NCBI GenBank assembly: GCA_963708295.1
Contig: CAVPSJ010000013.1
Coordinates: 160,001 to 224,000 of the forward strand
DNA: 64,000 nucleotides
DNA from: an uncultured delta proteobacterium
GTDB taxonomy: Bacteria > Desulfobacterota > BSN033 > UBA1163
Reading direction: 5' to 3'
The position numbers and the translations under genes are program-made. Shown here in pieces: positions 51,305 through 62,196 of this stretch. Numbering within the stretch: the first letter of the stretch is position 1; each line of letters starts with the position of its first letter. The notes beneath the pieces are model-generated. The model had not been told where the DNA came from, did not search any database, and saw nothing but the letters and a program-made list of their open reading frames with translations.

Positions 51305-51781
51305 ATGAACATGAACATTTTGGCCGGAGACATTTCTCCTCTAGTTTTTCAGCTTTCGGTTATGAACGAGCCGGGCGAACTTAGTCTCGACAAAGACATG
51401 CTATCCGTTATCCGAGAGCTAGACGGTAAGAAGACGATCGGTACGATTGCCAAAACTATAGGTTTAGAATTGGACAAAGTTAGAGACATCTTAGCAAAGC
51501 TGTTGACACACGGAATTATCGCACTGGTTCCCCGGTCAATGCCGATGATGAAAGAGGATTTTTTTGTCTATCTCGCAGAACAACTGTCTATGGCGACTGG
51601 TCCCATGGCCGAAGTTTTAATCGACGAAGCAGTCGCAAGTCTAGATTGCAGCGTATCCAATTTCCCTAGAAATCGAGTGCAAGAGCTTATTGACCTTCTC
51701 GCCCCTAAGATTTTCAGAGAAGAAAAGAGAGCTGTCTTTAAAGAGAACTTGATTAAGAAAATTTTAAGTAGGGAGGTTTAG
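51305..51781 (+). CDS. Hypothetical protein with wHTH-like region and GPMA-containing helical domain
   Basis: LDGKKTIGTIAKTIGL..LAKL; LSMATGPMAEVLIDE. Confidence 0.75.
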   Translation: MNMNILAGDISPLVFQLSVMNEPGELSLDKDMLSVIRELDGKKTIGTIAKTIGLELDKVRDILAKLLTHGIIALVPRSMPMMKEDFFVYLAEQLSMATGPMAEVLIDEAVASLDCSVSNFPRNRVQELIDLLAPKIFREEKRAVFKENLIKKILSREV

Positions 51782-51783
51782 TC

Positions 51784-52959
51784 ATGAGTTTCTCCGAATC
51801 GAAGGAAAACAAGATGGTTGATAAGAGACAAGCTCCTCCTTCTGCAAGGGATAAAGTTGTACAGAAGAAGGCGACTTCTAAACCACCTTCACCCACAAAG
51901 GTCAAGTTTGGGCTGACGGCAAAAGTGATTACCCTTATGCTCGTTGTCAGTTTAGTACCGCTGGGCATTTTTGCAGCGATCACCTTGAGACAAACTGATC
52001 AACGTATACGAAATGATACGGAGAAACTAATGGCCCTCACCGCCTCAGATATCGTGGCCAACGTCGACGAATGGACCGATAAGAATGTCAGGATTCTGAG
52101 AGCTCTTGCCCAGATGCCTGATATGATTTCCATGATCAGGGAAAGGCAAGAGCCATTGCTCAAGGCGGTCGCAAAAGAGTATCCCTGGATGTATCTTGTC
52201 TTTACTGTCGGGCCGGATGGGATGAATGTCGCACGAAATGACGACAACCCTCTTTTAGATTACTCTGACAGAGAGTATTACAAGGAGGCGATCGGGGGAA
52301 AAGATCTAGCTTGGCAGACGCTGATTGGGAAAACCTCGAAGAAACCTGCCCTGATCCTAGCCGTGCCTATTAAGAGAGCGGATAGCGCCGTCGGTGTCAT
52401 GGCCATGGCTGCAACCATAGAAGATCTTTCAAAACTGGTGGCCACGTGGAAACAAGGAGAGACAGGGTTTGCTTTTCTGGTGGATGACAAAGGCAAAGTA
52501 GTCTCACACCAGGTGGAGGATTATGTCGTCCAACAAGCAAACCTGAGTGGATATCCATTGATCACCGCCTTTAAAAAGGGGCAAAAGGGAATGATCTACT
52601 TTGATGATCGTGGCACGATGAAAGTAGGTTATGCGAAAGATACAAAATACGGCTGGACTCTTGGCATGCAACAAGACATGAGAGAGACGTTTAGAGTCTT
52701 AAGGGTGACCAAAGGCTTCACCTACGCTCTTCTAGGGGTAACTGCTTTAGCGGTGGTCATTATTGCATGGTTCTTGGGTAGGGCGATCGGCAGTCCGATC
52801 AGAAAATTGACCGAAGTTGCTGAAAGGATTAGCGTTGGAGACATGGGTGCCGAAATAAAGATTAGATCCAGGGATGAAATAGGGAACTTAGCCGAAGCAA
52901 TATTGCGTATGCAAGATAGCTTGCGCCTTGCCATAGAGAGACTCCGCCGTCGGCAATAG
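51784..52959 (+). CDS. Membrane sensor with dCache and HAMP domains and no output domain
   Basis: TM, DYSDREYY..AVPI..GETGFAFLVD, TM, PIRKL..A.RIS.GD..DEIG.LA; ends right after the HAMP domain. Confidence 0.85.
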   Translation: MSFSESKENKMVDKRQAPPSARDKVVQKKATSKPPSPTKVKFGLTAKVITLMLVVSLVPLGIFAAITLRQTDQRIRNDTEKLMALTASDIVANVDEWTDKNVRILRALAQMPDMISMIRERQEPLLKAVAKEYPWMYLVFTVGPDGMNVARNDDNPLLDYSDREYYKEAIGGKDLAWQTLIGKTSKKPALILAVPIKRADSAVGVMAMAATIEDLSKLVATWKQGETGFAFLVDDKGKVVSHQVEDYVVQQANLSGYPLITAFKKGQKGMIYFDDRGTMKVGYAKDTKYGWTLGMQQDMRETFRVLRVTKGFTYALLGVTALAVVIIAWFLGRAIGSPIRKLTEVAERISVGDMGAEIKIRSRDEIGNLAEAILRMQDSLRLAIERLRRRQ

Positions 52960-53094
52960 AATCGATACGCATTCAGACGGTTTCATCGGACCAATCGTCA
53001 CTTTCAGACTGCTGAGTTTAACAGAAACGTGCCCCGCAAGCCGTACCTGTGGGCGGGGAGATTGACGCCGTTCCGAGCCCCTTACTCCTGGAGC

Positions 53095-55923
53095 CTAAAC
53101 GGATGGGATCCCAAAAACGTCGGGGTCGTATTTTTCGAAGGGTATTTTCTCCTTCTCTTTCAATTTGGCGTGGGCGGCCGCCAGGCGCGCAATCGGGAGG
53201 CGTGGGACAGAACAGCTGACATAGGAAAGTCCGATGCTGTGACTGAATTCGACCGATTCCGGATGGCCGCCGTGTTCTCCACAAATCCCAATTTTCAGAT
53301 CTGGCTTCGTCCTCCTTCCCCACTCAATAGCGATCATCATTAATCTTCCCACGCCTTTCACATCTAATACCTCAAAGGGATTGTCCTGAAGAATCTTCCG
53401 TTGATTGTAAAGGGGCAGGAATTTGTTCTCCGCATCCTCTCTGGAGAAGGAGAAGGTCGCTTGAGTGAGATCGTTGGTTCCGAACGAGAAGAAATCCGCC
53501 ACCTCAGCCAATCTTCCAGCCCTCATGCAGGCTCTCACCACTTCGATCATCGTCCCGAATTTGAAGGGGATCCGGATTCGATATCGTTTCTCCACCTCCT
53601 TCTGAACCTTCAAAACGAGTTGCCAAACCCATTTTAATTCCTGTGCGGTGCAGACTTGGGGGACCATGATTTCAGGTTGAATGTCGAGCCCCTCTTTGAT
53701 CAACTCGGCGGCTGCCTCAAGGATGGCCTGGATTTGCATCCGATAGATTTCGGGATAGGTGATTCCCAGCCTCACTCCCCGATGACCCAGCATGGGGTTG
53801 ACCTCCATCATTTCTTTTACTTTCCTGAGAGTGTCGTGCTGCTTCCGGATGAGTTTTCGATCAAGCCTCTTCTCTTTAATCTCGATTATATCCGTGACCA
53901 CATGGTCGAGGAGTCCGAGGGATTCTCGGAAAGCGGGCTCCAGAAACTTCATCGAATCCGAGATGTTTTCCATGGTGGAGAAGGCGCCTTCGACCTCCTT
54001 CAGCTTTCGCAACTCGTCGCTCAGTTCTTCAGCGGACGGGAGAAATTCGTGAAGCGGGGGGTCGAGGAGACGGATGGTTACCGGTCGTCCTGCCATGGCC
54101 CTGAAGATCTCCTTGAAGTCGCTGCGCTGCATGGGAAGGAGTTCCGCAATCGCCGCTGCCCTTTTCTCCTTCGAGCCCGCCAGGATCATCTCCCGGACAA
54201 CGGGGAGCCGATCCGCCGCGTTGAACATTCTCTCTGTTCTGCAAAGGCCGATCCCTTCTGCCCCCAACTGCCTTGCTCTGATCGCCGACTCAGAGGTATC
54301 GGCATTGGCGCGAACGCCCAGAGTTCTTATCTCATCGGCCCAGTTGAGGAGCGTGAGGAGGTCTTTGCTGATTTCAGGGTCTACGGTAGGAATCTCGCCA
54401 AGATAAATTTCACCCCTGGAGCCATCGATCGTAATGGAGTCTCCTTCTTTGATGGTGACATTTTTGATAGTCGCCTCCCTCCCTTTTGGATCGATTCGGA
54501 GTTCCTCGCATCCTGAGACACAGGCCTTCCCCATCCCTCTTGCCACAACGGCTGCATGGGAGGTCTTTCCTCCACGGGTGGTCAAAATTCCTTGAGAGGC
54601 AAAGAAACCATGAATATCTTCGGGTTTGGTCTCCTCTCGAACCAAAATCACCTTTTGGCCGAGCTTTCCTACCCGTTCGGCCTCATCGGCATCGAAGATC
54701 GCCTTTCCGGAGGCGGCTCCCGGGGAGGCGGCAAGGCCGACGGCAATTGGTTTTCCCTTAAAGTTGGGGTCGATCCGCTTGTGGAGGAGCTGCTCCAGTT
54801 CCTGAGGCTTCAACCTCAAAACAGCCTTTTCCCTGTTAATCAGTTTTTCAGAGACCATCTCTTTAGAAGTTCGAACGATTGCCTGCGCATTCATCTTCCC
54901 ATTCCGGGTCTGAAGGATGTAGAGCGTTCCCTTCTCCACGGTGAATTCGAAGTCTTGAACCTCATGGAAATGTTCTTCGAGGTTCTTTCTCACCTGCTCC
55001 AGTTCTCGGTAGGTTTTTGGCATTTCCTTCTTCATTGCCTGAATGGATTTGGGCGTGCGGATCCCGGCAACGACATCTTCCCCCTGAGCATTCACAAGAT
55101 ACTCACCGTAGAGTATATTCTCTCCTGTTCCCGGGTCTCGCGTAAAGGCAACCCCGGTCGCCGAGTCGAAACCCATATTTCCAAACACCATGGTGCACAC
55201 ATTGACGGCGGTTCCGTCCGCCATTTCAGGGGTGATGTTGAATTCCTTTCGATAATCGACGGCCCTCTTCCCCATCCAGGATCTGAAAACCGCCTCAATG
55301 GCGAGTCTGAGTTGAACCATCGGGTCCTGAGGAAAAGGAGATCCTGTCCTTTTTTTGATCAATCTCAGATATTGTCGGCAAATATCCTTGAGGTGATCCC
55401 CGTCTAAATCCGTGTCCTCCTTCGCCCCTACCTTTTCTTTCGTTTGGTTAAGGATCTGGTCAAACTCTGTTTCTCCCACCCCCAGGGCGATCTTTCCGAA
55501 GAGTTGGATAAACCTTCGATAAGCATCGTAGGCGAATCTTCCATCCGAGGTGATTTTGATCAGCCCCTCAAGGGTCTTATCATTTAAGCCGAGATTGAGA
55601 ATGGTGTCCATCATCCCGGGCATGGAGATCGCGGCGCCAGACCGGACGGAGAAAAAGAGGGGATTTTGGGCGCTTCCAAATTTCTCGCCCGTTTTTTCCT
55701 CCACCGTTTTCAGGTTTACCTCGACCTCTTCCATGAGTCCTTTAGGAAGTTTCTTCTTATTACGGTAATACTCAAGACAGGCCTCGGTGGTGACGACAAA
55801 TCCGGGCGGGACAGGGAGACCCATACGGGTCATCTCGGCCAGACCTGCCCCTTTTCCTCCTAAGAGCTTCTTATGGGTTCCTTCGGCTTCCTCAAAAAGG
55901 TAGACATATTTCGGATTGCTCAT
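53095..55923 (-). CDS. ppdK: Pyruvate, phosphate dikinase
   Basis: LLGGKGA, SVRSGAAISMPGMMDT, GGKTSHAAVVARG, GLCRTE, NPMLGHRG, SFGTNDLTQ. Confidence 0.96.
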   Translation of the reverse strand: MSNPKYVYLFEEAEGTHKKLLGGKGAGLAEMTRMGLPVPPGFVVTTEACLEYYRNKKKLPKGLMEEVEVNLKTVEEKTGEKFGSAQNPLFFSVRSGAAISMPGMMDTILNLGLNDKTLEGLIKITSDGRFAYDAYRRFIQLFGKIALGVGETEFDQILNQTKEKVGAKEDTDLDGDHLKDICRQYLRLIKKRTGSPFPQDPMVQLRLAIEAVFRSWMGKRAVDYRKEFNITPEMADGTAVNVCTMVFGNMGFDSATGVAFTRDPGTGENILYGEYLVNAQGEDVVAGIRTPKSIQAMKKEMPKTYRELEQVRKNLEEHFHEVQDFEFTVEKGTLYILQTRNGKMNAQAIVRTSKEMVSEKLINREKAVLRLKPQELEQLLHKRIDPNFKGKPIAVGLAASPGAASGKAIFDADEAERVGKLGQKVILVREETKPEDIHGFFASQGILTTRGGKTSHAAVVARGMGKACVSGCEELRIDPKGREATIKNVTIKEGDSITIDGSRGEIYLGEIPTVDPEISKDLLTLLNWADEIRTLGVRANADTSESAIRARQLGAEGIGLCRTERMFNAADRLPVVREMILAGSKEKRAAAIAELLPMQRSDFKEIFRAMAGRPVTIRLLDPPLHEFLPSAEELSDELRKLKEVEGAFSTMENISDSMKFLEPAFRESLGLLDHVVTDIIEIKEKRLDRKLIRKQHDTLRKVKEMMEVNPMLGHRGVRLGITYPEIYRMQIQAILEAAAELIKEGLDIQPEIMVPQVCTAQELKWVWQLVLKVQKEVEKRYRIRIPFKFGTMIEVVRACMRAGRLAEVADFFSFGTNDLTQATFSFSREDAENKFLPLYNQRKILQDNPFEVLDVKGVGRLMMIAIEWGRRTKPDLKIGICGEHGGHPESVEFSHSIGLSYVSCSVPRLPIARLAAAHAKLKEKEKIPFEKYDPDVFGIPSV

Positions 55924-56202
55924 GAATTTCACTTCCTTCTCTAAGATAGTATCTATACTACTGGTAATTTGAACAAAAATCAATTCCTCTTCTGCAAGCA
56001 AACTAATGAGCCAAGTAAAAATCGGAAGGGGACAGGTCTGCTACCACTTGCTCAGGCCTCGGCGGAGAGAAGTAAAAACTGAGGGAGCAAGCTGCTACCA
56101 TGCTTGACAAGGGAGTTCGGTTCGGATAAATTTAAATGTAATATATCCAAAAGCCGCACCAACAAATAACACTAGAAAATAGAGGCTCCCAGGGAGGGAA
56201 TT

Positions 56203-58662
56203 ATGGGGGAAAAACCTTACATCCGTTGGTTTGATGAAATTGGACTGGACGATCTTCCCCTTGTCGGAGGAAAGAATGCTTCTTTGGGGGAGATGCGAAG
56301 AGAACTGGCCAAACAAGGGGTGAACGTCCCGAATGGATTTGCTGTTACCGTCAACGCCTACCATGCGCTCCTCGAAGAAGGGATTGTTCAGGACTGGCAG
56401 GAAGGCAAGGGCAAACCAAAGATCAAGGAAAGTATTCGAGACATACTCTCCGGTCTCGATGTCGAAAATGTGGAAGACCTTTCAGAGAGGGGAAGCCGGG
56501 TTCGGAGACTCATCTATAGCCTGGAGTTTCCCCGGGAGATCGTCGAAGAGATTGTAAAGGCCTACCGGAAATTATGTAAGGAGTATGGAGAGGACACGGA
56601 TGTTGCGGTCCGGAGCAGCGCAACAGCCGAAGACCTTCCTGGCGCGAGCTTTGCCGGCCAGCAGGAGACCTATCTGAATATCCGCGGGGAGTACGCCCTG
56701 GTTCAGGCCTGCAAACGATGTTTTGCTTCCCTTTTTACCAACCGTGCCATTTCTTACAGGACCCACCGGGGGTTTGATCACCTTCAGGTCGCTCTTTCCA
56801 TCGGGGTTCAGAAGATGGTGAGGTCGGACAAGGCCTGTTCTGGTGTCATGTTCACGATCGATACGGAATCCGGGTTTCCGGACGTGGTCTATATCACAGG
56901 GGCCTATGGATTAGGGGAGAATATCGTTCAGGGAGTGATCAATCCCGACGAATTCTATGTATTTAAACCCTGCATTCAAGGGAATTATAAGCCCATCATC
57001 CAGAAAACCCTCGGAAGCAAAGAGATCAAGATGATCTACACGCTGGAGGGAGAGGGTTCAACCAAAAATGTTCCCGTCTCCGCACAAGAGAGGGCGAATT
57101 TTATCCTGAACGACGAAGAGGTCATTCAGCTTGCACAATGGGGTATAAAGATTGAAGAACACTATTCAAAACAAGCGGGAGTTTACAGGCCGATGGATAT
57201 TGAGTGGGCAAAGGATGGCATTACCCAGGGGCTCTTTATCCTTCAAGCACGGCCCGAGACGGTAAAATCCCAGCGAGCCATGAATATTCTGGAGACCTAT
57301 TCGTTAAAAGAGAAGGGGAGTATTTTGGCCCAGGGGAAGAGCGTGGGCGAAAAGATTGGCGCCGGCCCCATCAATGTCATCACGAGTGCGAAAGAGATAG
57401 AGAGGTTTAAGAGGGGCGAGGTATTGGTCACCCAGATGACCGACCCGGATTGGGAACCCATCATGAAAATTGCCGCGGGCATTGTGACCGACCGGGGAGG
57501 AAGGACTTGTCATGCGGCCATCATCAGCCGGGAGCTGGGCGTTCCCTGCGTGGTGGGGACAGGGAATGGAAGTGAAATCCTGAAGGACTATCAAAGTGCC
57601 ACCGTGTGTTGTGCAGAAGGGGAGACGGGGTTGGTTTTCGAAGGGATCCTCGATTATGAGGTAAGACACTTCGACATGGCGCATCTGGAGAAGCCCCAAA
57701 CAAAGATCATGATGAATGTGGGAAACCCGGACAACGCCTTCCAGCTCTCCTTCATCCCCAGTGACGGGGTAGGTCTGGCTAGACTTGAATTCATCATCAA
57801 TAATTCTATACGAATCCACCCCATGGCGCTTGTCCGATTTGATTCCTTGATCGATCACCATGCTCGAAAGGAGATTGAACAGCTAACCATCGGGTACGAC
57901 GATAAGAAGGTCTTCTTTGTCGATCGGTTGGCCCAAGGGGTGGCCAAGATTGCGGCTGCCTTTTATCCCAAGGATGTCATTGTAAGAATGAGTGATTTTA
58001 AAAGCAATGAGTATGCCAACCTCATCGGAGGAAGCGAGTTCGAACCTGTTGAAGACAACCCCATGATTGGCTTCCGGGGAGCCTCCCGCTATTATGACGA
58101 GTCTTATCAGGAAGGATTTGCCCTTGAATGCAAGGCGATGATGAAGGTTCGTGACGAGATGGGTTTGGCCAATGTGAAGTTGATGATTCCCTTCTGCCGA
58201 ACGGTGGAAGAGGGGAGATTGGTCGTGGCCGAGATGAGGAAGCATGGCCTCGTCCAGGGGAAAAACGGTCTCGAACTCTATATGATGTGCGAGGTTCCCA
58301 GCAATGTGATCATGGCCGATGAATTCGCTGAGATTTTTGATGGTTTCTCCATCGGATCGAACGATTTGACCCAGCTGGTGTTGGGATTGGACCGTGATTC
58401 AGAGAAAGTTTCTCATATCTTCGATGAGCGGGATCCGGCCGTGAAAAAAATGGTTCAATTATTGATTGAAAGGGCCAAGAAGAATGGAAGGAAGATTGGC
58501 ATCTGCGGTCAGGCTCCCAGCGACTATCCGGAATTCGCCGAGTTTCTCGTCCGCTGTGGCATCGATAGCATCTCTCTCAATCCGGATACGGTGATCAAGG
58601 CGACCGATAGGATCTTGCAGGTTGAGAAAGAACTGGGGATTCCCCGAAGGAAAGATTCTTAG
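56203..58662 (+). CDS. ppsA: Phosphoenolpyruvate synthase
   Basis: GGKNASLGEM, RSSATAEDLP.ASFAGQQET, GGRTCHAAI, GICGQAPSD. Confidence 0.96.
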   Translation: MGEKPYIRWFDEIGLDDLPLVGGKNASLGEMRRELAKQGVNVPNGFAVTVNAYHALLEEGIVQDWQEGKGKPKIKESIRDILSGLDVENVEDLSERGSRVRRLIYSLEFPREIVEEIVKAYRKLCKEYGEDTDVAVRSSATAEDLPGASFAGQQETYLNIRGEYALVQACKRCFASLFTNRAISYRTHRGFDHLQVALSIGVQKMVRSDKACSGVMFTIDTESGFPDVVYITGAYGLGENIVQGVINPDEFYVFKPCIQGNYKPIIQKTLGSKEIKMIYTLEGEGSTKNVPVSAQERANFILNDEEVIQLAQWGIKIEEHYSKQAGVYRPMDIEWAKDGITQGLFILQARPETVKSQRAMNILETYSLKEKGSILAQGKSVGEKIGAGPINVITSAKEIERFKRGEVLVTQMTDPDWEPIMKIAAGIVTDRGGRTCHAAIISRELGVPCVVGTGNGSEILKDYQSATVCCAEGETGLVFEGILDYEVRHFDMAHLEKPQTKIMMNVGNPDNAFQLSFIPSDGVGLARLEFIINNSIRIHPMALVRFDSLIDHHARKEIEQLTIGYDDKKVFFVDRLAQGVAKIAAAFYPKDVIVRMSDFKSNEYANLIGGSEFEPVEDNPMIGFRGASRYYDESYQEGFALECKAMMKVRDEMGLANVKLMIPFCRTVEEGRLVVAEMRKHGLVQGKNGLELYMMCEVPSNVIMADEFAEIFDGFSIGSNDLTQLVLGLDRDSEKVSHIFDERDPAVKKMVQLLIERAKKNGRKIGICGQAPSDYPEFAEFLVRCGIDSISLNPDTVIKATDRILQVEKELGIPRRKDS

Positions 58663-58693
58663 AAGTAGGCCTGATAGATAAGTTAGGTTTTGA

Positions 58694-58815
58694 ATCCTAA
58701 ATTCCAAATGACAAATTTCGGAAGATGCCCAATATCAAATTCAAAGTCTCAATGCCAAAGGTTTGAGTTTGGGTTTTGGCATTCCTTTGATATTTGGGCT
58801 TTGACATTTGGACTT
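58694..58815. repeat. AT-rich heptad inverted repeat, empty copy
   Basis: aaattccaaatgacaaat ... tttggcattcctttga ... tttgacatttgg; right arm shared with 59865-59905. Confidence 0.7.
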
Positions 58816-58829
58816 ACACTTTCCAGCAA

Positions 58830-59360
58830 GTGAAAATCCTTCTCCATATCTGTTGTGCCAACTGTGCGATCTATCCCTCTTGAGCAAATGAGAGAAAAAG
58901 GGGAAGAAGTCGTCGGATACTTCTTCAACCCCAACATCCATCCCTACCAGGAATACCAGAAAAGACTCGACGCCTTGAGACAATACTCCGAAAAAGTCGG
59001 GCTGGAGGTGATCTACCGGGATGAATATCTTCTTGAAGAGTTTTTGAGAAATGTCTCCCATCGAGTAAAGGAAAGGTGTCAGTTTTGCTATTCATTCCGT
59101 CTCGAAGCCACTGCTCGCGAGGCGAAGGGAAGGGCTTTCGATGCTTTTTCAACCACCCTTCTCCAGAGCACCCACCAGAATCATGCTCGCATCAAGGAAA
59201 CCGGGGAGCGCATCGCGCAAGAGGTAGGGATTCCATTTTATTATGAAGATTTTCGGCCGGGGTGGAAAAGAGGAGTGGAGGTATCCAAATCGATGGGGTT
59301 GTACCGCCAGCAGTACTGCGGCTGCATCTACAGCGAAAAGGAAAGGTTTTCCAAAGCAAA
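58830..59360 (+). CDS. queH: Epoxyqueuosine reductase QueH; indel near 58876; reads in frame into the downstream four-helix-bundle ORF
   Basis: GTG-KILLHICCANC, FFNPNIHP..EY, C..CY..RLE, YRQQYCGC.YS. Confidence 0.9.
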
Positions 59361-59410
59361 CAAAATTTCAAATGACAAAGTTCAAAGGTCAAATGAAGCT
59401 CAAAGGTCAA

Positions 59411-59778
59411 ATGAAATCCAAAATCCAATTAGGAAAATATATGACTTAGAGGAGAGGACTGGCAGGTTTGGAGAAATGATCATTGAGTTTCTGAAAACTC
59501 TTGAGAGGAATGAAATCAACCGTCCACTTATTGGCCAATTAATAGATGCGTCTACAAGTATCGGCGCGAATTACATGGAGGCGGATGGCGCGGAGTCCAA
59601 GAAAGACTTCAAACATAAGATCGCGATTTGTAAGAAAGAGGCAAAAGAAACGAAACACTGGCTGAGGATGATTCGAAAGGGCAATCCCGGCAAGGCAGTA
59701 GAATGCCATAAACTCTGGCAAGAGGCTCACGAACTGACACTTATCTTTTCTTCGATCTTTCTGGGGAAGAAGAATTAG
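59411..59778 (+). CDS. Four-helix-bundle protein (23S rRNA IVP / bAvd-like family); start uncertain
   Basis: YDLEERT..F..QL..ASTSIGANYMEA..AESKKDF.HK..IC.KEA.ET.HWL..EL..IF. Confidence 0.85.
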
Positions 59779-59921
59779 ATTCCTCATATATTGTCATTCA
59801 AGATTTGACACTGATTTGGTATTCGAACGTTGACATTTGAAACTGATTGTGAACTTCGTTAGTTGTTTGGCATTCCTTTGAACTTTGGTTTTTGACATTT
59901 GAACTTGTATTGAGGGTTTTA

Positions 59922-60143
59922 ATGACCGGACTGGGTCCATTAGGTAAGATGCTCATCCTGCTGGGGGTTTTTATCATCCTCATCGGGGTCCTCCTGGTGG
60001 TCGGGGAGAAAATTCCGTGGATCGGGAGACTTCCCGGAGATATCATCATCAGAAAGAAGAACTTCACATTTTACTTTCCCATTGTTACCTCGATCCTGAT
60101 CAGTATCCTCCTGACCCTGTTGTTTACGCTGTTTCGAAAATAA
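59922..60143 (+). CDS. DUF2905-family small membrane protein
   Basis: GRLPGDI....NFTFYFPIVTSILIS. Confidence 0.85.
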   Translation: MTGLGPLGKMLILLGVFIILIGVLLVVGEKIPWIGRLPGDIIIRKKNFTFYFPIVTSILISILLTLLFTLFRK

Positions 60144-60385
60144 TCATTTCAAAAAAAGGTTGACAAATAATTTCTGTCGCTGTATTCCCAAACCGGAAGA
60201 TCGATGACCCTGATCCTATTGAGTTGAAGGGTGGAATTAATTTGTTTGCGTTTGTCGATAGTGTCGGAATGCCCTATTGGGGTACGAAACCATACAATTA
60301 TGCCGCGACGTCCAATAGAGAAAGCAGCAGGAGATAAGAGCAAGAGGGGTTATTCTTAAATCCCCTTGTTGCTTTATTAAGATCG

Positions 60386-60585
60386 CACCTGAAAACCCCG
60401 TCCTGTGGACGGGGATGAAAGGTGCGTCTGCTGAAAGCAGAAAAAATAAATCAGATGCTGAAACAAGTTCAGCATGACATGACGGTTCGGTTCTGATCTT
60501 TTTGTCATCCCGAACTTGTTTCGGGATCTCGGTTTTGGGTTTTAGAATTTAGGTTTTAAAGCCCCGCCCTGTGGGCGGGGTTCTT
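60386..60585. mobile_element. Non-autonomous IS200/IS605-like remnant with nested GTCAT repeats
   Basis: Two same-orientation hairpins, aaaccccgtcctgtggacgggg (about 60393) and aagccccgccctgtgggcgggg (about 60559); no transposase between them. Confidence 0.5.
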
Positions 60586-60809
60586 TATTTGGAGCCGCAG
60601 GTGGAGCAGCTACTGGGGGAAGAGCAGCTTCCGCAGGAGGAGCTGGCAGTGCTCTTAAATTTTCCACCGACGGAAAAGGCGAACGCGGACATTATCCGAT
60701 GAACCTTTTTGCTCTTACATTTTGGACAAGCAATCTTTTCTGAGCTGTTTAACACCAATTTTTCAAACTCATTTTCGCACTGGCCACATTGATATTCAAA
60801 GATAGGCAT
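60585..60809 (-). CDS. FmdB-family zinc-ribbon protein
   Basis: MPIFEYQCGQC..FE..CPKC.S..R.MS plus a Cys/Ser-rich tail. Confidence 0.88.
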   Translation of the reverse strand: MPIFEYQCGQCENEFEKLVLNSSEKIACPKCKSKKVHRIMSAFAFSVGGKFKSTASSSCGSCSSPSSCSTCGSK

Positions 60810-60895
60810 CTGAGTAGACTCCTTTAAAAAATAAAATAACATTTTCTGATTCATTCGGCAAGAGACTACTTGGCCAGAATCCCGATTTAGGATAC

Positions 60896-61021
60896 TGTCT
60901 TTGCGAGCGAAGCGAAGCCTTGTCTCGAGCGAAGCGAGGGAACTCTTGAGATTGCCACGGGCTTAGCCCTCGCAACGACTTCGTCGGATTGCCACGCACC
61001 TTCCAGGTGCTCGCAATGACA
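60896..61021. repeat. GTCATTGCGAG-family element, empty and composite; another copy at 62250-62348
   Basis: gtctttgcgagcgaagcg..gagattgccacg..ctcgcaatgac. Confidence 0.75.
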
Positions 61022-61176
61022 GATCGAGAAGGGTTCCACTTATCTAAATCGGGATTTTGGGGTGGTGTGGATTGCCCAATAGGCCGAATCATACCTGTTC
61101 TGTGAAGTCCTTAAATCTCCTGAAAAATATTGACGCCATTGGTGAAAAAAAGGTATATAATATTCTTAATTTTTGA

Positions 61177-62196
<1,020 letters not shown>

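Noticed and set aside
58879-58881. TGA shortly after CCANC in queH
   Set aside because: Removing one C from the preceding run restores the QueH frame; not a read-through.
59411-59778. Avd-like gene as part of a diversity-generating retroelement
   Set aside because: No reverse transcriptase and no TR/VR pair with A-specific mismatches in the window.
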